Origin: Thermoproteota archaeon
Lineage (GTDB): Archaea; Korarchaeota; Korarchaeia; Korarchaeales; Korarchaeaceae
Direction: 5' to 3'
DNA length: 41,254 nt
Assembly: GCA_027491435.1 (NCBI GenBank)
Contig: JAOZFG010000036.1
Span: 1 to 41,254 of the forward strand
Shown here: positions 8,773 to 17,450 of the stretch, in pieces
Position numbering within the stretch: the first letter of the stretch is position 1
Layout: each line of letters opens with the position of its first letter
Position numbers and translations under genes: made by a program
The notes under the pieces: generated by a model
Databases searched by the model: none
Seen by the model: only the letters and a program-made list of their open reading frames with translations
Told to the model about the DNA's origin: nothing

Positions 8773-10572
8773 ATGTTACTGACGAGGGACCACCTGAAGC
8801 TGCTGATCCACTTAAGAGGGGGATCTGAGGAGGCCCTGGAGTTCAGGAGTAAAAGGAAGGTCTCGGAAGTTACCTTCTCAAGGAGGATAACCGAGTTGAA
8901 AATTTTGGGTCTAGTTGACGTAGAAGATGGCAGAATCTCCTTAAGTCAGGCAGGTAGATTGTTGGCCGACGCTGTGGTCGAGGCAGGTCTAGACCCTGAA
9001 GGGCTACCTGAGGTCTGGGTGGACACGTCAATCTACAAGATGGTGGAGCTTGCCGTCAAGACGGGCACCATTCTGGACATGTGGGAGGATCAGTTAAGGG
9101 AGAGGGGCTTCTGGTCCGATGGAAGGCACACACAGCTGGCTGAGAAGTTGCTGGAAGCCAGGAAATTGGCTAGGCCGTCCCTCTTCATAGCTGCCGAGCT
9201 ATCTGATTTCATAGAAGTTCTGCCACCGGGGCCTGAAGAGCTAAATGAGCTAGTTAGGATAAGGGATGAGCTGGGTTTCGGGAAGTGGGTGCTGAACGCT
9301 TTGCAGGCCATGGACCTACTTTACTTATCCCCACCGGACAGGTACGGAGTTGTCTACACGCTCACTCCAGCAGGGAGGATTGCCAGGGAGAGCTTGTGGC
9401 TAATTTCCGTTATCTCTACCCAAATAACGGTTGACAAGGTCACTGCAGAACAGATAGAGAGAGGGGAAAGCACCGAAAGGTTGAGGGAGATGGGGTTAGC
9501 TGACAGGGCTGGGATCACCGAGGCTGGTAAGGGAATGCTCAAAGCCTATAAGGAGATGGGCGCCGTCAAGACTCCAACGACCCCCTTCTACTTCACCTTG
9601 GAAGAGGTCAAGGTCATGAAGGCCATAAAGGAGGTGGAAGGACTCAGGAAAAACAACCCAGAGATACTGCCCACCAAGGAGTGGATAGAGAAGAAGACTG
9701 GCATAGAGGACGTTGGTGAGCCCCTCATACTGCTGGAGTCCAAGAATCTGGTTGAGAGGAGGGAAGTTAAAGGTAAGGACACTTACTGGCTAACTAAGTA
9801 CGGGGAGAGGGCCCTATCCCTCGTGGGCGACGCTGCCGACGACGTGACTAGTAATGCCGTTAAGGCGGTGACGTTTCCTCTAGCTGGAGACGTGCCTGTG
9901 GCTGAGTGGGTTCACCTGGCAAAGAAACATGGGCTGGTCAGCAAGGACATAACTAAGAAGGGCAGGGCGCTGGTTGAGCTCTCCAGCGAGGTGACTAGGA
10001 GGCCCATCCTCACCCAGTACGATGTGGCCCTGCTGATGAAACTTCCTAAAGGCAAGTTCGTGGAGAGGGAGGAGCTTATAGGCGCCATGCTCGAGTATCT
10101 TGGAATTAAGGATGAGGAGGAGGCTAGGAGGGCCTTCAGAAAGGCCATATCCGAGGCGGAGTCTAAGGGATACGTGATAATGCTACAAAACAAGGCCGTG
10201 GGCCTGACGCCCATAGGGGAAGTGATGAAGGACGTGGTCACCTTCGGAAAGACCGAGGTCATGAAGGGCATGAAGTTCCCAGTCACGCCCACAACCTACT
10301 GGGTGTTAAGGGTGATATCCGAGAACTTGGAGGAGTTGAAGGAGGCCTGGAGGAAGGGCGTGGATTTGGTCAACGTTGAGGCCAAGATAGTCTACAACCA
10401 CCTCAAGAAGTACACGTCAGTAACAGACGAGGAGATAAAGAAGGCCTTCGCCATACTAAGGGGTACGGGCCTTCTGGGGAAGATGGGGCCCACCTCAGCC
10501 GGGGAACTCCTGCTAGAAGTTGGAAGGATGTTCGAGAGGCTCCCGGAGGAGGAGAAGTGGGTCAGAGGTTAA
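8773..10572 (+). CDS. DUF505-like protein, tandem winged-helix array
   Basis: 599 aa with about 8 wHTH wing signatures (LSQAG, LTPAG, ITEAG, LTKYG, ITKKG, LTPIG, PTSAG). TTAAATATTTAA box upstream. DUF505 assignment is from memory. Confidence 0.7.
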   Translation: MLLTRDHLKLLIHLRGGSEEALEFRSKRKVSEVTFSRRITELKILGLVDVEDGRISLSQAGRLLADAVVEAGLDPEGLPEVWVDTSIYKMVELAVKTGTILDMWEDQLRERGFWSDGRHTQLAEKLLEARKLARPSLFIAAELSDFIEVLPPGPEELNELVRIRDELGFGKWVLNALQAMDLLYLSPPDRYGVVYTLTPAGRIARESLWLISVISTQITVDKVTAEQIERGESTERLREMGLADRAGITEAGKGMLKAYKEMGAVKTPTTPFYFTLEEVKVMKAIKEVEGLRKNNPEILPTKEWIEKKTGIEDVGEPLILLESKNLVERREVKGKDTYWLTKYGERALSLVGDAADDVTSNAVKAVTFPLAGDVPVAEWVHLAKKHGLVSKDITKKGRALVELSSEVTRRPILTQYDVALLMKLPKGKFVEREELIGAMLEYLGIKDEEEARRAFRKAISEAESKGYVIMLQNKAVGLTPIGEVMKDVVTFGKTEVMKGMKFPVTPTTYWVLRVISENLEELKEAWRKGVDLVNVEAKIVYNHLKKYTSVTDEEIKKAFAILRGTGLLGKMGPTSAGELLLEVGRMFERLPEEEKWVRG

Positions 10573-10810
10573 CTCGTTGGAAATACCTTTTCAAAATAAT
10601 TTTTTGTAATTAATACTTTACTATTTTTTGTCATGGTACCATATGGGCGTCAACCACGATAAAAGGACTAAAAATGATTTATTTAGTTGACGGTTTTAAT
10701 TGGTCTGTGATCTTCATGGTCGATTGGCAGGCCTTTGATGTCCGCCCAAAGAGAGCTTAGATTGCTTCTCCTAAGAGCCCATTAATGAGCCAAGATATCA
10801 TTGAAAATAT

Positions 10811-12370
10811 TCAGCTAGCATACTCTATCTTGTCTAGAAGCCACGATGAATCAAAATAAAACATCTGCTTGGACTCATCCCATAGATCAACAGGTATCCT
10901 CCAGCCACTCAATCCTATATCTCTTATTAGGCTCAGCTCCTTGAGACTACCTCCGTAGGCCATGGAGATCAACCTCATCAAATCGCTGGTAAGCTCCTGC
11001 TTTACGAATATAACCCCCATTATACCTCTTAGGGTTCCATTCACATAAGTTATTGAGAATGGGGCTATCCTAGATAACCTATTCACGAAAGTTGGGAAGT
11101 GCTCTTGAGATACGTCTATATGTAAAAATATCTGATCTCCTAGCCCGAGTCCTGAGGGAAGGTATATTCTGTAAATGATTCCCGCCCTTCTCAATCTCCT
11201 GAGCTTTATATCAGCGTTTCTGATGCCCATGCTCCTTAAGTAATCCCTGGTGACTGATCCCTCCATCTGCACTATATTTAAAATCTTAAGGTCTTCTCTG
11301 GTGATTTCTTTAGCCTTTTTAGGCTTAGACAACACTTTAAACTTGCCTTCAATGGATTTAGATGGAAAGTTGTTAATTAACTCTACAAGATTAGCTCTAC
11401 TTCTGTGGAAGTTGTAGCTAGCTGACAGCATAACTCCAGCGTCAACAATACCTTTGCTCATCTCCAAGAACTTCTCTGTTAGCTCTACAGGTACCAGTAT
11501 AGATGCGTAAACGTATCTACCTGAGGACAATCTGAACACCTTGTAGGTGAAAGGAAATTCCCTGAGAGCTTCCACGTTGTTTCTATTGTAGGGAGCTCTC
11601 ACCATAACCGATTGGAGACCTATAGCGGATATATTAACGTTATATGGTCCAAAAATAATTCCTTTATTCCTTAAAGACTTCAAATGTCTTGATATAGTTG
11701 GCTTAGATAGTTTTGTGGACCTAGATATCTCATCCAACTTCATCATACCCCTCGCTATAGCCTTGAGGATCTTGCTTTCCATGTCAGAGATCTCATGGAA
11801 GAGAAAACGTATTAATAGAAGGCTATATATGGAGAAGAATTCATCAAATTCTACCTCTGAAGATTTCCTGATGTATAGAGTTAGGGCCTTTATTACAATT
11901 TCTTTATCTCTCTCGTTGAGCAGAGGGAGGTGTCTCGCCGGCGCATAATAATACAAAGAGTCAACCACCGGCAGGCTGTTCTCCCCCCACCAGCGAGGCT
12001 CAGCTCCTGAGTAAGCCCAGGCTAGGTCGTATATTTGAGGAAAGTCTACTTTAGGTAGAAAAGTTATAAAGGCCTCCCTCTTCAAAACCGCTTCTATCTT
12101 ATGTTCAGGCAGTCCTCTGGATATAATGAGGCTTCTACCCCGCTCTATCGATCCTGCTCTATAGCCCTTTTTTATTTCTATTTCTTCCAGCAGGATTTTC
12201 TCTGGAATTTTTCTTACTGGATCAACGCCTAAAAGTTCTTTAATTTTTTGTATTTCAGCCATGAAATGCTGGTTGAGCGTGGTGTGGACATCCATTTTGT
12301 ATTTCTTCTTGGCCATTTTCAGGTTCATGTTATCATGAAAAAGTCGCCCCTTATTTCCCTTTCGGGCCAT
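10811..12370 (-). CDS. Multidomain transcription regulator: zincin-like N-terminus plus two wHTH/Lrp-RAM-like units
   Basis: wHTH KILKAIARG..LDEISRSTKLSKPTISRHLKSLRNKGII followed by NISAIGL (Lrp-like linker); second unit ITREDLKIL..LRRLRRAGII..LGL. AGGAGG RBS upstream of 12370. AT-rich. Confidence 0.8.
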   Translation of the reverse strand: MARKGNKGRLFHDNMNLKMAKKKYKMDVHTTLNQHFMAEIQKIKELLGVDPVRKIPEKILLEEIEIKKGYRAGSIERGRSLIISRGLPEHKIEAVLKREAFITFLPKVDFPQIYDLAWAYSGAEPRWWGENSLPVVDSLYYYAPARHLPLLNERDKEIVIKALTLYIRKSSEVEFDEFFSIYSLLLIRFLFHEISDMESKILKAIARGMMKLDEISRSTKLSKPTISRHLKSLRNKGIIFGPYNVNISAIGLQSVMVRAPYNRNNVEALREFPFTYKVFRLSSGRYVYASILVPVELTEKFLEMSKGIVDAGVMLSASYNFHRSRANLVELINNFPSKSIEGKFKVLSKPKKAKEITREDLKILNIVQMEGSVTRDYLRSMGIRNADIKLRRLRRAGIIYRIYLPSGLGLGDQIFLHIDVSQEHFPTFVNRLSRIAPFSITYVNGTLRGIMGVIFVKQELTSDLMRLISMAYGGSLKELSLIRDIGLSGWRIPVDLWDESKQMFYFDSSWLLDKIEYAS

Positions 12371-12455
12371 ATCTCAGCCCTCCTTGATTGTAAGTCTAGA
12401 GGTCAACAAAACGAAAAATCCTTGGCTTGAACGATCATCACGAGGAGGTGACTTT

Positions 12456-12503
12456 ATGGGACCGATAATGCCGCCTAACCCACCTGTACAGCCGCCTGAG
12501 TAA
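12456..12503 (+). CDS. Small proline-rich peptide MGPIMPPNPPVQPPE (below the ORF track size)
   Basis: GAGGAGGTGA at 12442-12451, 4-nt spacer, ATG 12456, TAA 12501-12503. Fills the gap and ends 2 nt before the convergent gene's stop. Confidence 0.6.
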   Translation: MGPIMPPNPPVQPPE

Positions 12504-12505
12504 GC

Positions 12506-13060
12506 TCATTTTTCCTCCTTCACCAGTTTTATTACATCGGCCCTGGTGACGATCCCCTTTATCTCCCCATTTTCAATTATGAGTATCGCGGGAAACTTCT
12601 CTAACATTGGTAGGACGAACATGACTGGGGTCTCAGCGCTAATTATGGGAGGTGGGGCCCCCATAACGTCGCCGGCCTTTGTAGCGGTCACGTCCTTTCC
12701 CTTGAGAAGGCACCTCACCAAGTCAGCTTCGCTTACCGTGCCCAACACTGTGTTCCCGGATATTACTGGAACCTGACTTATCCCGTTCTTCTCTAAAAGG
12801 TTGGCCACCTTGCTCAGGCTGTCGTTGGGCCCCACGTATATCACGGGGGAGGTCATTATATTCCTTACCTTCTTGCTTCCCTCCATCAGGCTGAGCAGGG
12901 CTTCGGAGATGGCCTTCAGCTTAGAGTAAGTAGGATCTATCTGCCCCTGCTCAACCTTGGCTATAAACGATTGACTTACCCCAGCTAGTTTAGCAAGCTT
13001 CTTCTGGGTGACTCCCAGGGACTCCCTTATCTTCTTTATGTCCTTAGGGTCTATTATCAT
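12506..13060 (-). CDS. XRE-HTH + CBS-pair transcription regulator (COG3620)
   Basis: IRESLGVTQKKLAKLAGVSQSFIAKVEQGQIDP HTH_3; two CBS motifs (IMTSPV..ISQVPV, GIVTRADV). Confidence 0.93.
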   Translation of the reverse strand: MIIDPKDIKKIRESLGVTQKKLAKLAGVSQSFIAKVEQGQIDPTYSKLKAISEALLSLMEGSKKVRNIMTSPVIYVGPNDSLSKVANLLEKNGISQVPVISGNTVLGTVSEADLVRCLLKGKDVTATKAGDVMGAPPPIISAETPVMFVLPMLEKFPAILIIENGEIKGIVTRADVIKLVKEEK

Positions 13061-13290
13061 CAGTTAGGGAACCCGAGGGTCCAATAAATCTTTTAACAGC
13101 CTTAGATTGCAGGCGACAACTCCAGGTCGTGGGAGTTGTACTGGAGCGTTTAAAAGCTAATCCTCAGGCTAGACCTGCGTCCTTAAGCTGGACAAACGTT
13201 TAAGGAGGTGTTAGAACGGCTCCTCGTTAAGCTAGGCTTGTCAGCCACCTGGGGGATAAATTTTATTGAACTTCTGTAACCTTCTAGCCT

Positions 13291-14154
13291 ATGAAACCTA
13301 CTCTGGTTGGCATACATCCAAGGCCCGAATGGCTCGTTAAGCTGACCAGGGACTACGATAGGGGGAGAGCCTCTAAAGAGGAGCTAGATGAAGGATTTGA
13401 CAGGGCTGAGGAGGAGCTGAAAGAGCTGCAGAGTAAGTGGAACTTTGACCCCAAGGTAGATGGGCTCTTCAGGTGGCAGGACATGTTCAGGCCCCTAACC
13501 GAAGCGATAGACGGAGTTAAGGCCGGTCCTCTCACCAGGTTCTTCGACAACAACACCTTCTACAGGAGGCCCGTGGTAAAAGGCCTCAAGTACGTTGGGG
13601 GCGTCCCCTTCAAGGGGGAAAAGCTCATCCTCCCAGGTCCTTACACATTCTACGTCCTCTCAGAAGTTGAGATGGGGAAATCCTCCTTTTATCAAGGCCT
13701 CCTGTCTGTTTACAAGGATCTGGTAGACGACCTGAGGCCTAAAGCCGTTCAATTAAACGAGCCGGCCTTGGCCTACAGGTACAGGAAGTGGGAGCCCTCG
13801 GAGGAGGACTACGACTGGGTCGCTACCTTCGCCAGGGAGCTTGACGCCTCAGTTCACCTTTACTTCGGCGACCCCTCCGAGGCCTACGTTTTTCTAGCTG
13901 AGAGGGAGGTTCCTGAGATAGGGCTAGACCTAGTGGAGGGGCCCGTCCTGGAGGACCTGGGCGTCCCCCTAACTCTGGGGGTGGTGGACGGGAGGAACAC
14001 CTACATGGAGGACCTGAACTACCTGGTGAGAGTGGTCACCTCCTTCCAAGAGGTGAGGTACGTAGCACCTAACTGCGACCTCGAGTTCCTGCCCTACGAG
14101 TACGCCAAGAGGAAGATGGTCCTTCTGCACGCTTTGGTGGAGGTGTTATCATGA
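13291..14154 (+). CDS. Split MetE, N-terminal-like (folate-binding, non-catalytic) subunit
   Basis: DGLFRWQD, TRFFDNNTFYRRP, LPGPYTF, QLNEPAL, GVVDGRN; lacks the HxC zinc ligands. Stop overlaps the next start (ATGA). Confidence 0.82.
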   Translation: MKPTLVGIHPRPEWLVKLTRDYDRGRASKEELDEGFDRAEEELKELQSKWNFDPKVDGLFRWQDMFRPLTEAIDGVKAGPLTRFFDNNTFYRRPVVKGLKYVGGVPFKGEKLILPGPYTFYVLSEVEMGKSSFYQGLLSVYKDLVDDLRPKAVQLNEPALAYRYRKWEPSEEDYDWVATFARELDASVHLYFGDPSEAYVFLAEREVPEIGLDLVEGPVLEDLGVPLTLGVVDGRNTYMEDLNYLVRVVTSFQEVRYVAPNCDLEFLPYEYAKRKMVLLHALVEVLS

Positions 14155-15248
14155 TAACCCAGGAGATAGGCAGCTTGGCCAAGCCTAACTGGAGGGTTAA
14201 GTATCTGAGGGGCCTTCCCCTTACCGATGAGGACTTTCAGGAGATAAAGAGGTGGGACCAGATCCTGGGCACTGAGTTCGACTACGAAATACTTAAGCAG
14301 GAGAGGACCCCTGAGAACAGGAAGAAGATCGTAGAACACTCAGCCCTTCAAGCAATAAGGTTCTTCGAGACGGCAGGCCTTGACATAGTTTTCGACGGAG
14401 AGCAGTTCAGGACTGAGATGTACGAGCATCCAGTGAAGAGGATAGAGGGCTTCGAGTTTGTAGGTCACGTCAGGAGCTTCGACAACAAGTACTACAGGAA
14501 GGCCGCGGTTGTGGACAAGCCCAGGCTCAAGGAGCCGTACCACCTGGAGGAATTCCTGTTCACCAAGAGGCACGCCAGGAGAAAGGTCAAGGTCCCCGTT
14601 ACAGGCCCCTACACATTGGCTGAGTGGAGCTTCAACGAGTACTACATGAGGAAGCACTTCGGAAGTGAAGAGGCCAGGTACGAGGCGAAGAAGGAGTTCG
14701 TCTTCGACTTGGCCAAGGAGGTACTAAGGCCCAACCTGGAAGCCCTGATAAGGGAGGGGGCTGAGATCATACAGATAGATGAGCCGGCTGCCACCACCAA
14801 ACCAGATGAACTTCCCATATTCGTCGAGGCGTTTAACGAGATGGTTGAAGGGCTACAGGCCAAGTTCGTGATGCACATCTGCTACAGCGATTACTCCCTG
14901 TTGTTCCCCCACATCTTGGAGATGAAGAGGTGTGAGCAGTTCCTGCTCGAGTTCGCCAACAGGGACGATGAAAGGAGGTCGGGGTATCAAATACTCCACC
15001 TGTTCAAGGAGTACTCGTACGACAAGGAGCTGGGCTTGGGCGTCGTGGACGTTCACTCCGACTTCATAGAGCCGCCTGAGCTAATAAGGGATAGGATAGT
15101 TTACGCCGCAAACGTCCTCTCGCCTGAGCAGATATACGTCAACCCCGACTGCGGCTTAAGGACCAGGACCTGGGACGTCGCCTACCAGAAGCTGAAGAAT
15201 ATGGTTAAGGGTACCAGGATGGCCGAGGAGGCGCTGGGCCTTGCTTGA
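14151..15248 (+). CDS. metE: Cobalamin-independent methionine synthase catalytic subunit
   Basis: TQEIGS, TGPYTLAEWS, QIDEPA, zinc ligands MHICY / LEFAN / NPDCGLRT. Confidence 0.93.
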   Translation: MITQEIGSLAKPNWRVKYLRGLPLTDEDFQEIKRWDQILGTEFDYEILKQERTPENRKKIVEHSALQAIRFFETAGLDIVFDGEQFRTEMYEHPVKRIEGFEFVGHVRSFDNKYYRKAAVVDKPRLKEPYHLEEFLFTKRHARRKVKVPVTGPYTLAEWSFNEYYMRKHFGSEEARYEAKKEFVFDLAKEVLRPNLEALIREGAEIIQIDEPAATTKPDELPIFVEAFNEMVEGLQAKFVMHICYSDYSLLFPHILEMKRCEQFLLEFANRDDERRSGYQILHLFKEYSYDKELGLGVVDVHSDFIEPPELIRDRIVYAANVLSPEQIYVNPDCGLRTRTWDVAYQKLKNMVKGTRMAEEALGLA

Positions 15249-16044
15249 CTTCTCGAAGAAGGTGATCACCGTAGAGGTGAACCCTCCCAGCACTCCCGAC
15301 CTCAACTCATTTTTATCGGAGGTTCAGGAGCTTAAAGCCTTCGACGGGGTGAACGTAACAGAGCTGGCCATGAGGAGGAAGCGGGACAGGTGGATGAGCA
15401 CCGTGTACACGGCCATAAAGATGAAGGAGGTTGGGGTGAACCCCATACCCCACCTGACCTGTAGGGATCACAACAGGAGGGACGTTATAGCCAGCTCCCT
15501 GGCCCTCATGAGCGCTGAAGTTGACAACGTCCTGGCTATCACGGGAGATGAGGGCATATCCAAGGGCGTTTACGAGTTGACAGTCACTGAGATGCTCTCG
15601 TTAATTAAGGAGGTTTACGAGGAGCAGGGCCTACAGGTTCAGCTATTAGCTGCAGCTAACCTGCACAACGAGCTAGAGTTGGAGGTTAAGAAGGCCAGGG
15701 CTAAGGTGAGGGCCGGGGCTTCAGTTCTCCAGACACAACCCGTCTTTGAAGTCGAGAGGTTAAGGAGGTTCATGGAGGAAGTGGGAGGGGAGGTAAAGGT
15801 CCTGGCAGGGCTGATGCCCGTCAGGGGTAAAGAGCACGCCCACAGGCTGGAGAGGAGGCTGGGGATAAGGATACCTGAACAGGTGAAGGACAGGTTCTCA
15901 GGCCTTAGAGGAGATGAGTTGAGAGAGGAGGTGCTGAATCACGCTGAGGCCTTGTTCAGGGAGTTGATGGAAGTGGCCGATGGCGTGCACGTTTACCCCA
16001 TGGGCGATCCTGAGGTCATTAGCAGGATCAGGGGCCTGATCTAG
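15241..16044 (+). CDS. metF: Methylenetetrahydrofolate reductase
   Basis: EVNPP, IPHLTCRDHN, LAITGD, KVRAGA..QTQPVF, DGVHVY. Co-transcribed with metE. Confidence 0.9.
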   Translation: MLDFSKKVITVEVNPPSTPDLNSFLSEVQELKAFDGVNVTELAMRRKRDRWMSTVYTAIKMKEVGVNPIPHLTCRDHNRRDVIASSLALMSAEVDNVLAITGDEGISKGVYELTVTEMLSLIKEVYEEQGLQVQLLAAANLHNELELEVKKARAKVRAGASVLQTQPVFEVERLRRFMEEVGGEVKVLAGLMPVRGKEHAHRLERRLGIRIPEQVKDRFSGLRGDELREEVLNHAEALFRELMEVADGVHVYPMGDPEVISRIRGLI

Positions 16045-17281
16045 GTAGGATTGCCTTTATAAACCTCCCCCTGTAGACGACTTCCCCCTTTATCGGAGCT
16101 CTTCTCTCAGTTACGATCAGAACAGGTGGTCTAGCCTCCTCTAACCTCCTAACAGCGTCTAGATCCATGGTCTGAACCCAATAGAGAGTCTTGGGATTTG
16201 GGACCACCAGGGTGAACCTAACAGAGAACTTCTGCACCACTTCTTTTATCTCCCTAAGCTCCTCCGGCGGTAAGCTGGGCCTTATCGAGTTTAACTGTCC
16301 CCAGGACATTGGAGCCAGGATGCCGAAGATAAGCAAAGATATGGCCAGAGCCAGCTTGACGTCCTTAACCTCGCCTACCAGCGTTCCAACCACTATTGGA
16401 GCTAGGATTGCCGTCATCAAGTCGAACCTCCACAGGAAGTTTCCGGGGATGAAGGGGAGGTTCATGAGCAACAGCGTAGTTGAGGCTGTGAGGGTAAGCC
16501 CCCTCTCAAGCCCCTTCAGCTTCAGCGAGAGTACAACGCCTGTCAAGGCTAGCACAAGGGAGTAGGCAAGGTTTACCCAGTTCCTACCTCTCCTGGGGCG
16601 ACTAAGCTTATTAGAGGACACCTGCTCCAACAAGGCAACTCCCTTGTAGGGATCTCCTCCCATGATCCCCGTGGTGAAGCCCAAGGCGAGCAGGGCCAGG
16701 GCCACAGCCAGCGGGGGGATTAGCTCCCTGGACCTAGTGTAGATTAAAAGGCCCAGGAGCAGGAGCAAGGCCACTCCGAAGTCTAAGACGTGCGTGAGAC
16801 CTGTTAGCGCTATGAAGACGGCCGACTTCCAGGAGTACCTTGAATCCCTTCTTTTCAAGGCTAAATAGGCGAAGGCTAGCGTAGAAGCTAAGAAGGTGAG
16901 GCCCATGGCGTTCTTTATCAGGTCCATGCTCATCCTTATCAGCCAGGGGTTGAAAACGTAGAAGGCCGAGGCCACGTAGCCTCCCAAGTCGTTGGTGAGC
17001 TCCCTGACCAGCAAGTACACGGGTAGAGCCCCCAAGACAGTCACCAGTATGGACCCCACCTTTATGCCGGGGGTTATGCCCAGTGGGGAGAAGGCCGCCA
17101 ACAGGTAAAAGGCCAGAGGGGGATCTGGGTAGAGCATCTCCCCCCTTTCCAGAATACTCTTCACCTGAACGTAGTAGTAGGGCCCATCAATGCCGTAGAG
17201 CAGGTCAGTGGAGAAGGCCTTAGCCTCGTAAACGAGGAAGGCCGCTGCCACTATGACCAGGACGGGAACCCACCTTCTCAT
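16028..17281 (-). CDS. Polytopic membrane protein, GT-C/PMT-like glycosyltransferase candidate
   Basis: N-terminal TM, then DGPYYY..ILERG..YPDPPL loop and about 11 TM helices. Confidence 0.65.
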   Translation of the reverse strand: MRRWVPVLVIVAAAFLVYEAKAFSTDLLYGIDGPYYYVQVKSILERGEMLYPDPPLAFYLLAAFSPLGITPGIKVGSILVTVLGALPVYLLVRELTNDLGGYVASAFYVFNPWLIRMSMDLIKNAMGLTFLASTLAFAYLALKRRDSRYSWKSAVFIALTGLTHVLDFGVALLLLLGLLIYTRSRELIPPLAVALALLALGFTTGIMGGDPYKGVALLEQVSSNKLSRPRRGRNWVNLAYSLVLALTGVVLSLKLKGLERGLTLTASTTLLLMNLPFIPGNFLWRFDLMTAILAPIVVGTLVGEVKDVKLALAISLLIFGILAPMSWGQLNSIRPSLPPEELREIKEVVQKFSVRFTLVVPNPKTLYWVQTMDLDAVRRLEEARPPVLIVTERRAPIKGEVVYRGRFIKAILPRSGP

Positions 17282-17450
17282 CGTGAAATCATAAAATGAA
17301 AGAATTAATGAATTTCTAATTGCTTAGCCTTCGGGCTTTGCTGCCTCGGCCCCCTTAAGGTCGTGTTAGACGTTGAAGTTCTTGTATTGAGCTTCCTTAA
17401 ATTTCATTTGTTTTTTATGGTAGGGGCGTTTTACCTCGCAAAAAGATCTC

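Noticed and set aside
13181-13197. CCTTAAGCTGGACA as another IS6 terminal repeat
   Set aside because: Needs a mismatch and an indel, and has no adjacent transposase fragments.
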